Below, piece by piece: positions 30,250-40,054 of a stretch of 64,000 nt of DNA (positions within the stretch are counted from its first letter, which is position 1; every line of letters begins with the position of its first letter). The translations under genes were made by a program, and so were the position numbers. Source of the DNA: Minisyncoccota bacterium (lineage in GTDB: Bacteria > Patescibacteriota > Minisyncoccia > Phycocordibacterales > JABMNX01); contig JAPHQU010000002.1 in the NCBI GenBank assembly GCA_026195275.1, positions 5,964 through 69,963 of the forward strand, given 5' to 3'. Under the pieces are notes generated by a model that was given only the letters and a program-made list of their open reading frames with translations, was not told where the DNA came from and did no database searches.

Positions 30250-30457
30250 TATCAAAACAGGGAAGTATCGGCATTATAAAGGCGGCGAGTACGAGGTCAT
30301 CGGTGTTGGGAAGCACTCCGAGACACTTGAAGACTTTGTTATTTATCGGCATCGAGACAATGAACTCTCCGAGCTCTGGGTGCGGCCGCTCGGAATGTTT
30401 CTTGAGACCGTCGAAGTGGACGGCAGAGAAGTGCCACGGTTTGCATATATTGGTTAG
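30239..30457 (+). CDS. DUF1653-family protein
   Basis: GKYRHYKG..YEV...KHSET.E..VIYR, LWVRP..MF.E.V...PRF. Confidence 0.88.
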   Translation: MESNIKTGKYRHYKGGEYEVIGVGKHSETLEDFVIYRHRDNELSELWVRPLGMFLETVEVDGREVPRFAYIG

Positions 30458-30524
30458 TAATTCAACGCCCAATCATATAATGTGGCGTTGATTTTGATAA
30501 TGGAAAAGGTATCATAAGGAGTGT

Positions 30525-30860
30525 ATGGGACTCATCACAAAACTCCTTCTTACCGTCCTCACGCTTCTTTTGGTGTCGCGCTACATTCCCGGAATCGAGG
30601 TGTCCGGGTTCTACATCGCGCTTATTGTTGCGGTGGTGCTTGGCCTCATCAACCTCATTATCAAGCCGATTCTGGTGCTTCTCACACTTCCAATTAACCT
30701 CCTCACACTTGGCCTCTTCACATTTGTTATAAACGCCGGCCTCTTCTGGTTTGTATCCACTTTCGTTGAAGGATTCACTGTCGATGGGTTCATCCCGGCG
30801 TTCATTGGTGCGCTTTCGATTGTGGTAGTGCACTGGCTCGCCGAGAAGATTGTTGACTAA
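30525..30860 (+). CDS. YvlD/DUF360 ('phage holin family') 4-TM membrane protein
   Basis: IKPILVLLTLPINLLTLGLFTFVINA. Confidence 0.88.
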   Translation: MGLITKLLLTVLTLLLVSRYIPGIEVSGFYIALIVAVVLGLINLIIKPILVLLTLPINLLTLGLFTFVINAGLFWFVSTFVEGFTVDGFIPAFIGALSIVVVHWLAEKIVD

Positions 30861-30927
30861 GGTTGCGTATGTTGTACTCCTTAAGACTTCATTGCGTATC
30901 AGTACGGGTTTGTTATAGTTCTCAGGC

Positions 30928-31902
30928 ATGAAATTCATAGACGAAATAACTTTGTTTGCAACGGCGGGCACCGGTGGCGATGGTGTGGTTCGCTGGATCC
31001 AAGCGCGCGGTATGCCGCGCGGTGGTCCTGGCGGTGGCGATGGCGGCAGAGGTGGTGACGTATACGCGCGCGCGATACGTGACATTGCGAAGCTTGCACA
31101 GTATCGGAGTGATCCGAAGTTTCGTGCAGAGGACGGCGAGCCAGGTCAGAATCATCGCAAACACGGCAAAGATGGTGAGTCAATCTACATCGAGCTTCCT
31201 ATCGGTTCGCGTGTGACAAATAAGACAACTGAAGAATCCTTCGAGCTTCTTCATGAGGGAGAAGAGGTGTTGGTCTTGCGCGGTGGTCCTGGAGGGTTTG
31301 GTAACGAGCACTTCAAGAGTTCACGCAACGTAAAGCCAACAAAAGCAACAAAAGGAAAGGAGGGCGAAGAAGCAGAGTTGTATGTAGAGCTTTCTCTGAT
31401 AGCTGATGCGGGACTCATCGGGCTCCCAAATGCTGGTAAATCGAGTTTGCTCAACGAGCTCACCAGCGCCAAGGCAAAAGTGGGGAGCTACCAATTCACC
31501 ACACTCGACCCCAACCTCGGTGATTTTTATGGATTCATACTTGCTGATATACCCGGTCTCATTGAGGGTGCCTCTGAAGGGAAGGGGCTTGGTCACAAAT
31601 TTCTCAAGCATATTACTCGCACAAAACTCCTCCTCCATTGTGTCTCGCTTGAGAGCAGTGATCCACTTGCTGACTATCGCACGATCAGGAAAGAGTTAAC
31701 CGCGTACAACGAAGCACTCGGCGAGCTTCCTGAGATTGTTGTGCTTACCAAGACCGATCTGGTCCCAGAAGAAGAACAAAGTCGTCTGAAAGATCTCTTT
31801 AGAGAGGAGATAGGGGAGGACGTATTTACCGTGTCGATACTCGATAACGAATCAATCAAGAGTTTCTCCGACTCACTCGCGAGTATCCTCGCGTCTGCTT
31901 AG
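30928..31902 (+). CDS. obgE: GTPase ObgE/CgtA
   Basis: GGPGGGDGGRGG, GLPNAGKS, YQFTTL.PNLG, DIPGLIEGA..GKGLG..FL.H. Confidence 0.97.
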   Translation: MKFIDEITLFATAGTGGDGVVRWIQARGMPRGGPGGGDGGRGGDVYARAIRDIAKLAQYRSDPKFRAEDGEPGQNHRKHGKDGESIYIELPIGSRVTNKTTEESFELLHEGEEVLVLRGGPGGFGNEHFKSSRNVKPTKATKGKEGEEAELYVELSLIADAGLIGLPNAGKSSLLNELTSAKAKVGSYQFTTLDPNLGDFYGFILADIPGLIEGASEGKGLGHKFLKHITRTKLLLHCVSLESSDPLADYRTIRKELTAYNEALGELPEIVVLTKTDLVPEEEQSRLKDLFREEIGEDVFTVSILDNESIKSFSDSLASILASA

Positions 31903-32047
31903 TGGTTGCCGAAGTTATTTGAACACAGCCTTGAGGGCAAACACAAAGACAAACCTAGCGATATGTCGCCAAGTCTGCGTGGTTGATATTATATGATCCC
32001 CCTTCTCTTTCAGTGGGGGAGGAGATTTGCTATAGTAACGAGTACTT

Positions 32048-33463
32048 ATGGAATACACGCCTACAATTGGTCTAGAGATTCACGCAGAATTAAAGACCAA
32101 GACAAAGATGTTCTGCGACTCCAAGAACGACCCAAACGAACGTGAACCCAACGTGAACATATGCTCTGTGTGTATGGCGCACCCGGGGGCGCTTCCGGTC
32201 ATCAATAGGGAGGCGGTGAAGCATGTACTTCGAGTCGGACTCGCGCTTGGTGGAGAGCTTGCCGACTTCACTGAGTTTGATCGCAAGAATTATTTTTATC
32301 CCGACATCCCCAAAGGTTATCAGATCAGCCAATACAAACACCCGCTTATCTCCGGTGGAAGCCTTAACGGAATTGAATTAACTCGAATTCACCTGGAAGA
32401 AGATACCGCACGCTCTACTCATGACAAAGGCGAGAGAAGTCTAGTTGATTTTAATCGTGCGGGGATTCCACTCATGGAACTCGTAACAGAACCGGTTATT
32501 AGTAACGCAATTGATGCAGGTAACTTTGCGCGTGAACTACAACTACTCCTTCGTTATCTTAAAGCGAGTGATGCAAACATGGAGAAAGGTGAGATGCGTG
32601 TTGAAGCAAATATCTCAGTGAGTAAGACAGGCGAGAAAGGAACCAAGGTAGAGGTGAAGAACCTCAATTCGTTCCGTTCTGTCGAGCGAGCTATTGCATA
32701 CGAGACCAGGCGACAGATTGAAGTGCTTGAGAGTGGCGGGACAGTCGTTCAAGAGACACGTGGATGGGATGAGAATAAACAAGAGACATTCTCTCAGCGT
32801 ATGAAAGAAGAATCGCACGATTATCGCTATATGCCTGACCCTGACCTCCCAAAACTACGCATCTCGGAGATTCGAGATTTTGAGAAGAGTGAACTTACAA
32901 AAGAACTTCCCGAACTCCCATGGGAGAACCGAAGACGCTACGTTGAGGAATATGGAATGAAGCCCGAGGATGCAGAACTCTTTGTTCATGACATGGGCGT
33001 GCTAAAGAGGCTCCTTGAAGAGCACGTGATCCCTGCATTCAAAGATGATAAGAAGAGATTTGGCTTAGCGGTTAACTATATCGCCTCGGATATTGTTGGC
33101 ACGCTATCTCGGATGGGCGAGAGCGCACGCGAACTGGGGGAGAATTTTGTAGAACTCATCACCATGGTAGATGAGGGTCTCTTGTCATCTCGAGGTGCAA
33201 AAGACACCCTCGCAACTCTCCTTGTAGAGGGTGGAAGCGCCAAGGAGGTGGCAGAGGATAAAGGGTTACTACAAGAAAGTAACGAAGGAAAGATCGCCCT
33301 GCTTGTCGATGAAATCATTGAAGAGAACCCAGAAGCAGTAAAAGAGTATAAAGAAGGCAAAGAAGCGTCTCTGAAGTTCCTTGTCGGGCAAGGTATGAAG
33401 AAGAGCAGTGGGTCGGCAAACCCTCAGATTCTTTCAAAACTTTTGATAGAAAAGATGTCCTAG
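32048..33463 (+). CDS. gatB: Asp/Glu-tRNA amidotransferase subunit B
   Basis: IGLEIHAEL, FDRKNYFYPD, HLEED, DFNRAG.PL.E, DYRY.PDPDLP. Confidence 0.98.
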   Translation: MEYTPTIGLEIHAELKTKTKMFCDSKNDPNEREPNVNICSVCMAHPGALPVINREAVKHVLRVGLALGGELADFTEFDRKNYFYPDIPKGYQISQYKHPLISGGSLNGIELTRIHLEEDTARSTHDKGERSLVDFNRAGIPLMELVTEPVISNAIDAGNFARELQLLLRYLKASDANMEKGEMRVEANISVSKTGEKGTKVEVKNLNSFRSVERAIAYETRRQIEVLESGGTVVQETRGWDENKQETFSQRMKEESHDYRYMPDPDLPKLRISEIRDFEKSELTKELPELPWENRRRYVEEYGMKPEDAELFVHDMGVLKRLLEEHVIPAFKDDKKRFGLAVNYIASDIVGTLSRMGESARELGENFVELITMVDEGLLSSRGAKDTLATLLVEGGSAKEVAEDKGLLQESNEGKIALLVDEIIEENPEAVKEYKEGKEASLKFLVGQGMKKSSGSANPQILSKLLIEKMS

Positions 33464-33555
33464 AAAATAAAGCTAGTCTGTCTAAACGACATACCTGTTT
33501 TCCAATCCACATGCGTGGATTTTTTTATTGCAAAAGGAGCGTATAATTAAAGTAT

Positions 33556-34605
33556 ATGGACAGTCTTACTATCGGAGGGAAAAACCACATCTCGTCAAAA
33601 CGAGCAGCCGAGCTCATGGGCTACACCCAAGACTACATCGGGCAGCTTGCGCGTGCTGGAAAGATTGACGCAAAGCGCGTCAGTGGTGTGTGGTACATCT
33701 CCGAAGATGAATTCTCTGGCAACGATACTGATCAGAGCAACAATACAGATATTGGCGAGACTAATACTGCTGATCGGGTAGCAGGCGGAAAGACTAATAG
33801 TGGCAACGTAAAAGATGAAAGCGAGACAATCATTCTTGAAGGTGATAAATATATCTCGTCAAAACGAGCAGCCGAGCTCATGGGCTACACCCAAGACTAC
33901 ATCGGGCAACTTTGTCGCGCCGGAAAGATTGAAGCACGACAAGTCGGCAGAAGTTGGTATGTACCAATGACACGTATTGAAGGGGAGCAGGAGATACTGC
34001 AGACGCCAACTAGAGAAGTTAACAACGAAGAAGAAGCTCCTTTCAGGGAACCTACTCTAGAACACACACCTGTTACTAATAAAGGTGCTGATATTTTGAT
34101 TCAATCCGCGTATACCTATACAAATGACGAAAAGCCGCTTATTCCGACACCGCAGCGTGTATCGCGGCCACTTCTCCACGAGATACTTGCTGAAGAGCGT
34201 GATTCCGGGGTCTTGCAGACGGTAGATCGTGATACATATCACACAGAAGACTCTCTTGAACCAACTCCGAGTCGGGTACACGGAGTGATTCCGGCGCAAG
34301 AGACTAAGATCAAGAAGACAGAGAGCAATCCAGTAGCGACTCCTTCTAGACTAAGCACAATACTCCGTGTGGGCACAGTTGCTGCCATGATTGTATTTTC
34401 TTCTCTCTCTTTCTCATATGCCCCATATAAGACGGCATACAGCACACGCGGCGTTGTTGAGGGGGATCAAGTAGAGGTTGCTATTCAAGCAGATGTATTG
34501 CAAGCGGGTGTGGGCAGAGTGGGCGTCAGATCGTCTTTCCTTGAGAAAGGTATAGATTTCCTCTTGAAGACGTTTGGATCAGAGCTAGAATACAAGGCAA
34601 AATAA
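33556..34605 (+). CDS. membrane protein with two tandem excisionase/HTH_17-like domains
   Basis: 2x ISSKRAAELMGYTQDYIGQL.R.GKI.A..V...WY; hydrophobic segment near aa 270-290. Confidence 0.8.
   Translation: MDSLTIGGKNHISSKRAAELMGYTQDYIGQLARAGKIDAKRVSGVWYISEDEFSGNDTDQSNNTDIGETNTADRVAGGKTNSGNVKDESETIILEGDKYISSKRAAELMGYTQDYIGQLCRAGKIEARQVGRSWYVPMTRIEGEQEILQTPTREVNNEEEAPFREPTLEHTPVTNKGADILIQSAYTYTNDEKPLIPTPQRVSRPLLHEILAEERDSGVLQTVDRDTYHTEDSLEPTPSRVHGVIPAQETKIKKTESNPVATPSRLSTILRVGTVAAMIVFSSLSFSYAPYKTAYSTRGVVEGDQVEVAIQADVLQAGVGRVGVRSSFLEKGIDFLLKTFGSELEYKAK
33589..33908 (+). repeat. identical 56-bp direct repeat (33589-33644 and 33853-33908)
   Basis: ATCTCGTCAAAACGAGCAGCCGAGCTCATGGGCTACACCCAAGACTACATCGGGCA occurs twice. 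Confidence 0.95.
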
Positions 34606-34624
34606 ACCAATAAGTCGTCATCAT

Positions 34625-34656
34625 ACACCATCTCGGCAATACGAGATGGTGTTTTT
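34625..34656 (+). terminator. intrinsic terminator
   Basis: ACACCATCTCG-GCAATA-CGAGATGGTGT-TTTT. Confidence 0.85.
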
Positions 34657-34911
34657 GCTTCTTTAACTCATTTATATATCGAAAGAAGATCTTTTCTGGA
34701 GATCTTCGTATCATATTATATGTCCGGACAGCCGACCTGTCTCTTCATTGCGGTGTATTTTCATTATCAATAACAATCGTCACAGAGATATTCTTCCAAG
34801 GAGTTTGAATGTTTTTTAAAAAGACATCTTAAAGGGCGTTTATCCCCACACTAAAGGACAATGTCTTTTAGAAAGTGTTGTAATATATAGATAATTCGTG
34901 TTAGCGACCAT

Positions 34912-37900
34912 ATGCCAGAAGGTATTTTCTTAAATAACAAAAAATATTTCTCTTCTCGAGATGCGGCGAGTTATGCCGGCTATACCAACGACTACGTCTC
35001 CCGGCTCTGTCGCGAGGGAAAGGTGCCTGGGCAGATGATGGGTCGGGTGTGGCATGTCGAGGCGGAGCCGTTTCTTGAATTCATTCTTGGGCAGGAGCAG
35101 AAGAAGGTCGAGCAGTCACAAGCGCTCTCAGAAGGACGAAAGAAGACATACCAAAAGAGTGTTGAAGAAGATGAGATTGAGAAGCTCACGAGTCTCAGTA
35201 TTCCGCGTGTCGCACTCCCAGTGCCCGCCATCTCCCGAGAGTTGATCGAGAAGTCTGTCGCACTCAGCTTTGCGGTCTTTCTTGTGTTTGGTTCGTACTT
35301 GGCAAAAGATTCTGAATTTGTTCGTGCGACACCTGCGGCGATTGTGTCGTACGCGACAGAGGTGCGCAACAACACACTCGGCATGGTCGAGGGTGTTCGT
35401 GAGGGTGTAGAACTTTCTTCAGTACAAACACGATCCCTTATCTCGAGTGTCGCAAGCGGTGCTTACACAGATGAAATAAAAGAACAGTTCTCTCTTAAAA
35501 ATATCTCTCTTGCGGCTTCCAACTTCGGGGGGCGCATTCTTGATGTAATCGAGCGTGGTATGAAAGGATACCTTTCATTAGTTGTCCTAGCTGGCGAAGG
35601 TGTTGTTTCGGTAAGTGATGCAATCGCTAAACTCCCTGTTGTTGCACGCGAGGCATCAGTCGCAGACATTGTCGCGTACAGCACGCAAAAGGTACAAGAT
35701 GTTGCGGCTAGCACTTCAGGCGGACTGGGCAACGCACGCGAATATTTTTTGGTCTCGATTGCTCGTGGTGTAGATGGGGCGAAGCAGATTTTCCAGAATT
35801 CTCACACAACACTCGCCGCGGTGAATGTTCCTGATTTCTTTGGGAGTCTTTCAAGCAGTATTCGTTTTGGCATCATCGACTGGCTCGACATCCAATCAGA
35901 AGGAGTGGTCACTACTCCTTCCTTTGTAGAGGAGCCACAGGCAGTTATTGAACATCCAGTGATTGAGCGGGTCGTGGAGACGAGGGAGACGATCGTGCGT
36001 AGCGGTATCACCGAAGAGTATGTGCTTGCCAAACTCGAGGAACTTAACAATAAACTATCTTCAAAGATATACGATCTCACTGCTAGCAATGCATCAAGTA
36101 TCGCTAGTAACTTCAATACAATCGCAAAGACGAATATCATTAACAAACTCAAGTCAGTAACGATCACAAGCTCAACGATCACTGATTCGACGATCAATGG
36201 CAATTCAACATTCTCCGGAACGACTGGTTCATTCAGCGGAGCGGTCGATGTCGGGTCGCTCACAGTGGGTGGTGAGGTAATCACTGGCGGGCTTACTGTC
36301 GGTACCGACGGGATTGTCTTTGTGAGTAGTTCCGGCAATGTAGGTATTGGTACCACCTCACCATACGCAAAACTCTCTGTGGTAGGAGAGGTGGTTGCCG
36401 CTAACTTCACCGCCACCTCAACGAGCGCGACCTCAACTTTCAATGGCGCACTTCTCGCAACACGCGCACCAACGCTTCCACATACATTTTCAGTTTGGTC
36501 ACCTGGCGCCAGTGGCTCCAATTATGCTGACGCTTCTCTCGTGATTAATCCAGCTTCATCCGTTGCCGATGGAAACCTGATCACCGCCTCTGTAGGTGGG
36601 TCGGTTAAATTCATTGTTGACGCCGAGGGAGGTGTGTTTACTAACTCACTTACCTCAGTTGGTGGCGTGACGCTCTCGACCACTACTGCGGCAACGTTCA
36701 CAGTTGAAGGCAACACTACGTTGGGTGACTCTGTCTCTGATGTAACCACAATCAACGGTACACTCACTGTAACTGGACAGACGTCTGTCTCAACAGTTGA
36801 TGGTAACTTCGGCGTGGGCACCACGTCTCCATGGGCACGTCTCTCGGTTGCGGGGGTGTCGAATGGTACCGACCCACTCTTTACAATCTCCACCTCAACC
36901 GCATCAGCAACCTCAACTGCGGTGTTAGTTGATGCAAACGGCAACTTTGGTATCGGTACTACATCACCATCTGCAACTTTTGCGGTTGAAGGTGACGCGT
37001 ATATTAACGGGGTGATCACCACCGACCTCACTACTTCAGGGATCGTCGACTTCAGTGGTACGGGTACCACAACCTTTGGAGGTGACATAGAAGTACAGGG
37101 TCTTTCTGCAATCAATTACCTTGAGACACCATTCATCTATGCGACCTCTACCACTGCCACGTCGACATTCGCCGGCGGTCTTGCAATAGAGACCACCGGA
37201 CTGGTGTATGACTATTCGACGAATAGAGTGGGAATTGGGACGGCATCACCAAGTCAGTCGCTTGATGTGTACGGAAAGATAGCACAAAACGGATTGCAGA
37301 TGTTGTACAACGCTAACGCAGGCGGCTACACAGGGTCGCTATTCTTTGGTAGTGGTGGAGGAAGCCTTTCCCATACATCAGGAAGTGAAGGATATTATAA
37401 TACAGCGGTTGGATATGATACCCTGCTTTCAAATACAACCGGAAGTTATAACTCAGCACTTGGATACAAAGCGCTCTACTCAAATACCACGGGAGACAGC
37501 AACACTGCTGTAGGGAAGGACGCGCTTCGGTATAATACGACCGGGTTTCAGAATACCGCCATAGGACTCGACGCGCTTCAAGCTAATACCGAGGGGTATA
37601 ACAACTCCGCCCTAGGATTCGATGCTCTTTACTCAAATACCACAGGATACACCAACATTGCTGTAGGGATGAGCGCGCTCTACCGCAATACCGAGGGGTT
37701 CGATAACGTCGCAGTGGGATACGAGGCACTCCATGATAACACCATCGGAGATGGAAGTGTTGCTTTAGGTCTCGGTGCCCTCTACAACAACACTACCGGG
37801 GGTTGGAATGTCGCTTTGGGGCCTCACGCCGGCAGGTACGTCACTGGTAGTGTCGCGAATGAGTCTTCTGAGTACTCAGTGTACATTGGTGCGAACACAA

Positions 37901-38544
37901 AAGGGTTTGCAGACGGTGATTCAAACGAGATTGTTATCGGCTACAACGCCACCGGTATAGGATCCAATACGGTAACTCTCGGAAACGACTCTATTGTTAC
38001 CACAGCACTTAAGGGAAATGTCGGCATCGGTACCACAACCCCGTGGGGCAAGCTCTCCATTGAGATGGATACAACCGATCCGTCCTTTGTCGTCTCCAAC
38101 CAGGGCTCATCAACCCCTGCACTCTATGTCTCGGGTGTAAACCAGGACGGCGTCGTGGGTATTGGTACGACCGGTGGCACCGGTCGCAGACTCGATGTCT
38201 TTGACGCGGGCAATCCGCAGTTGCGTCTCTCGCAGACGAGCAGTATCTACACGAACTTCCAAGTTGCAGCAAGCACTGGAGACCTCACGATCGACCTCAA
38301 CCCGAACACAAGCGCGACAAACATTTACCTTACACAAACAGGCGGTTCGACCGGTGCAAACCTGCGTGTGTGTGAAGGTTCGGCCTGCCCGAGTGTGACG
38401 ATCTCAAGCGGTGGTAATGTGCTCGCCGAGAACGGTTTCTACTTCGGCAACGGCTACAAGCTCGACCAGGTCGCTGGCACCACGACCGAGATTGCGGTGT
38501 ATGACACCAGTGCGACTGCGATCATCATCTTCGATGAGTTCTAA
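34912..38544 (+). CDS. 1210-aa HTH-TM-fibre surface protein (tail-fibre/trimeric-adhesin-like repeats)
   Basis: N-terminal HTH (SSRDAASYAGYTNDYVSRLCREGKV); TM near aa 117-131; ~6 GNVGIGTTSP-type repeats; ~9 17-aa NTAVG..AL..NTTG repeats. Confidence 0.8.
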   Translation: MPEGIFLNNKKYFSSRDAASYAGYTNDYVSRLCREGKVPGQMMGRVWHVEAEPFLEFILGQEQKKVEQSQALSEGRKKTYQKSVEEDEIEKLTSLSIPRVALPVPAISRELIEKSVALSFAVFLVFGSYLAKDSEFVRATPAAIVSYATEVRNNTLGMVEGVREGVELSSVQTRSLISSVASGAYTDEIKEQFSLKNISLAASNFGGRILDVIERGMKGYLSLVVLAGEGVVSVSDAIAKLPVVAREASVADIVAYSTQKVQDVAASTSGGLGNAREYFLVSIARGVDGAKQIFQNSHTTLAAVNVPDFFGSLSSSIRFGIIDWLDIQSEGVVTTPSFVEEPQAVIEHPVIERVVETRETIVRSGITEEYVLAKLEELNNKLSSKIYDLTASNASSIASNFNTIAKTNIINKLKSVTITSSTITDSTINGNSTFSGTTGSFSGAVDVGSLTVGGEVITGGLTVGTDGIVFVSSSGNVGIGTTSPYAKLSVVGEVVAANFTATSTSATSTFNGALLATRAPTLPHTFSVWSPGASGSNYADASLVINPASSVADGNLITASVGGSVKFIVDAEGGVFTNSLTSVGGVTLSTTTAATFTVEGNTTLGDSVSDVTTINGTLTVTGQTSVSTVDGNFGVGTTSPWARLSVAGVSNGTDPLFTISTSTASATSTAVLVDANGNFGIGTTSPSATFAVEGDAYINGVITTDLTTSGIVDFSGTGTTTFGGDIEVQGLSAINYLETPFIYATSTTATSTFAGGLAIETTGLVYDYSTNRVGIGTASPSQSLDVYGKIAQNGLQMLYNANAGGYTGSLFFGSGGGSLSHTSGSEGYYNTAVGYDTLLSNTTGSYNSALGYKALYSNTTGDSNTAVGKDALRYNTTGFQNTAIGLDALQANTEGYNNSALGFDALYSNTTGYTNIAVGMSALYRNTEGFDNVAVGYEALHDNTIGDGSVALGLGALYNNTTGGWNVALGPHAGRYVTGSVANESSEYSVYIGANTKGFADGDSNEIVIGYNATGIGSNTVTLGNDSIVTTALKGNVGIGTTTPWGKLSIEMDTTDPSFVVSNQGSSTPALYVSGVNQDGVVGIGTTGGTGRRLDVFDAGNPQLRLSQTSSIYTNFQVAASTGDLTIDLNPNTSATNIYLTQTGGSTGANLRVCEGSACPSVTISSGGNVLAENGFYFGNGYKLDQVAGTTTEIAVYDTSATAIIIFDEF
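37393..37821 (+). repeat. ~9 tandem 17-aa (51-nt) coding repeats
   Basis: YNTAVGYDTLLSNTTG/SYNSALGYKALYSNTTG/DSNTAVGKDALRYNTTG... Confidence 0.85.
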
Positions 38545-38549
38545 TATAT

Positions 38550-39347
38550 ATGAGCAACTTTCTTTCAACATATTTTGATGAAGCAAGATTATTTTTCCGC
38601 AATTTCACGGAGTGGTTTTTGCTTTTACTTATTTTCACGATTTTCTTCTTTCTGTTTGGTCTCAAAGAGGTCGTGTTCTTTGAGCGCGTCTTCATGCTTC
38701 CACTTCCAACAAACCCATCGTTTGCTGCAGATTTCTTTAATCAGATGGTCGTGGATCTTGTGCCGCATGAGGTGTTGCTCGTGGTGACGGGTCCACTCGC
38801 GGCATTCATTGCACAGATCAAGATCGCGCTTCTCCTGGCGTTTGTCTTTACGCTTCCGGTCTTCTTGTATCGCTTTGTGCACTACCTCTCACCCGCGCTT
38901 CGTGGGCGCGAGAAGCGAACAATCTTTGCTGTTGCGTTCCTGTCGGCGCTCCTCTTTGCTCTCGGCGGACTCTTCTCGTACCTCGTCTTAATTCCACCAA
39001 CGTTTGACATTCTTTACGTATACACCGGTGCAATTGATGCGGCTCCGTTCTTCACTGTAAATGAGTTTGTCGGGCTTGTACTCTCATTTGTACTCGCGAC
39101 CGGTATTCTCTTCCTACTGCCGGTTGTGCAAGTGCTTCTCACGCGTCTCGGAATCGTTTCTCCACAATTTTGGCGTCAGCAATGGCGCTATGCATTGGTA
39201 GTTTTCCTTGTGGTCTCTGCTATAATTACACCAGATGGCAGTGGGGTGACGATGGTGTTTCTCTCACTCCCTATGACAGGTCTCTACCTCATCGGTAGCG
39301 CTGTGGCGCAACCGATGAGGAGTGGAAAGTGGAAAGTGGAAAGTTGA
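38550..39347 (+). CDS. tatC: twin-arginine translocase subunit TatC
   Basis: 6 TM; YLSPAL..RE, WRYALV..LVVSAIITPDGS; next to tatA. Confidence 0.9.
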   Translation: MSNFLSTYFDEARLFFRNFTEWFLLLLIFTIFFFLFGLKEVVFFERVFMLPLPTNPSFAADFFNQMVVDLVPHEVLLVVTGPLAAFIAQIKIALLLAFVFTLPVFLYRFVHYLSPALRGREKRTIFAVAFLSALLFALGGLFSYLVLIPPTFDILYVYTGAIDAAPFFTVNEFVGLVLSFVLATGILFLLPVVQVLLTRLGIVSPQFWRQQWRYALVVFLVVSAIITPDGSGVTMVFLSLPMTGLYLIGSAVAQPMRSGKWKVES

Positions 39348-39410
39348 AAGTATGAAAATAACTTTTAACCTTACAAACCTAATACCTAATTACTAAAACC
39401 TAACACCTAA
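39321..39410. repeat. short-period repeats (AGTGGAA)x3-AGTTGAA, then ACTTTTA/(N)ACCTAA heptamers, with no ORF between
   Basis: Read directly at the tatC-tatA junction. Confidence 0.75.
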
Positions 39411-39414
39411 TAAT

Positions 39415-39687
39415 ATGTTTGGACTCGGAATATCAGAAATAATAATTATCTTGCTTGCCGTGGGGATTCTTCTCTTTGGAAGCAATAAGATCGTTGATCT
39501 TGCGCGCTCAATGGGCCGCTTCACTGGAGAATTCAAAAAAGGAAAGCGCGACATTGAGAACGAGATCACCAAAGCAGAGCAGGAGAACATGGGAGGTGCG
39601 CCAGTATCAGAGAATGATCAGGCGTTGACTCAAGAAGATTCATCAACTGAAGAGGTGGGTGATACCCAAGATAAGAGTCGCTCATAA
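39415..39687 (+). CDS. tatA: twin-arginine translocase subunit TatA
   Basis: MFGLGISEIIIIL...ILLFG..KI..LARSMG....EFKKG. Confidence 0.95.
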   Translation: MFGLGISEIIIILLAVGILLFGSNKIVDLARSMGRFTGEFKKGKRDIENEITKAEQENMGGAPVSENDQALTQEDSSTEEVGDTQDKSRS

Positions 39688-39720
39688 TCCTTGACGCGTA
39701 ACTTGCAAACATCCATGCCT

Positions 39721-39981
39721 ATGTCTGAGAAAGAGGAAAATACATTTGAGAAATTCAACAAGAACCGCCGACAATTCCTTGTCGTTGGCGGTGCGAGTGT
39801 AGCTTCGTTTTTCTTGGGAAAGATCTTTGGTCCGAGCATCAATCTCTTCTCGCAAGATATCCCGATTAGCGAGAGAGATTTTAAGGATTTTCGCATCGTG
39901 GAGACCAACAAGGAGATGAAGCTCTACGATCGTAAGGGCAACGAGCTCTTCATCGTTGACAAGGAAAGCTTCCGCGAATAA
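39721..39981 (+). CDS. small protein with a twin-arginine signal
   Basis: NRRQFL followed by hydrophobic VVGGASVASFFLG; start could be 39715. Confidence 0.8.
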   Translation: MSEKEENTFEKFNKNRRQFLVVGGASVASFFLGKIFGPSINLFSQDIPISERDFKDFRIVETNKEMKLYDRKGNELFIVDKESFRE

Positions 39982-40010
39982 AGGCAAAGCCTTTATTCGC
40001 GAAAACTTTC
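39964..40010. repeat. inverted repeat overlapping the stop of the Tat-signal gene
   Basis: GAAAG..CGCGAATAAAGGC-AAA-GCCTTTATTCGCG..CTTTC. Confidence 0.8.
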
Positions 40011-40054
40011 CAGTTGAAAGTTATAAAGTTCATAAAGTTAGAAAGTGTGCGACG

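Noticed and set aside
35802-37115. Long antisense ORFs opposite the fibre gene, and similar ones opposite other genes
   Set aside because: They overlap well-supported sense genes, have no recognisable motifs, and are expected from stop-poor T/S/G-rich codons
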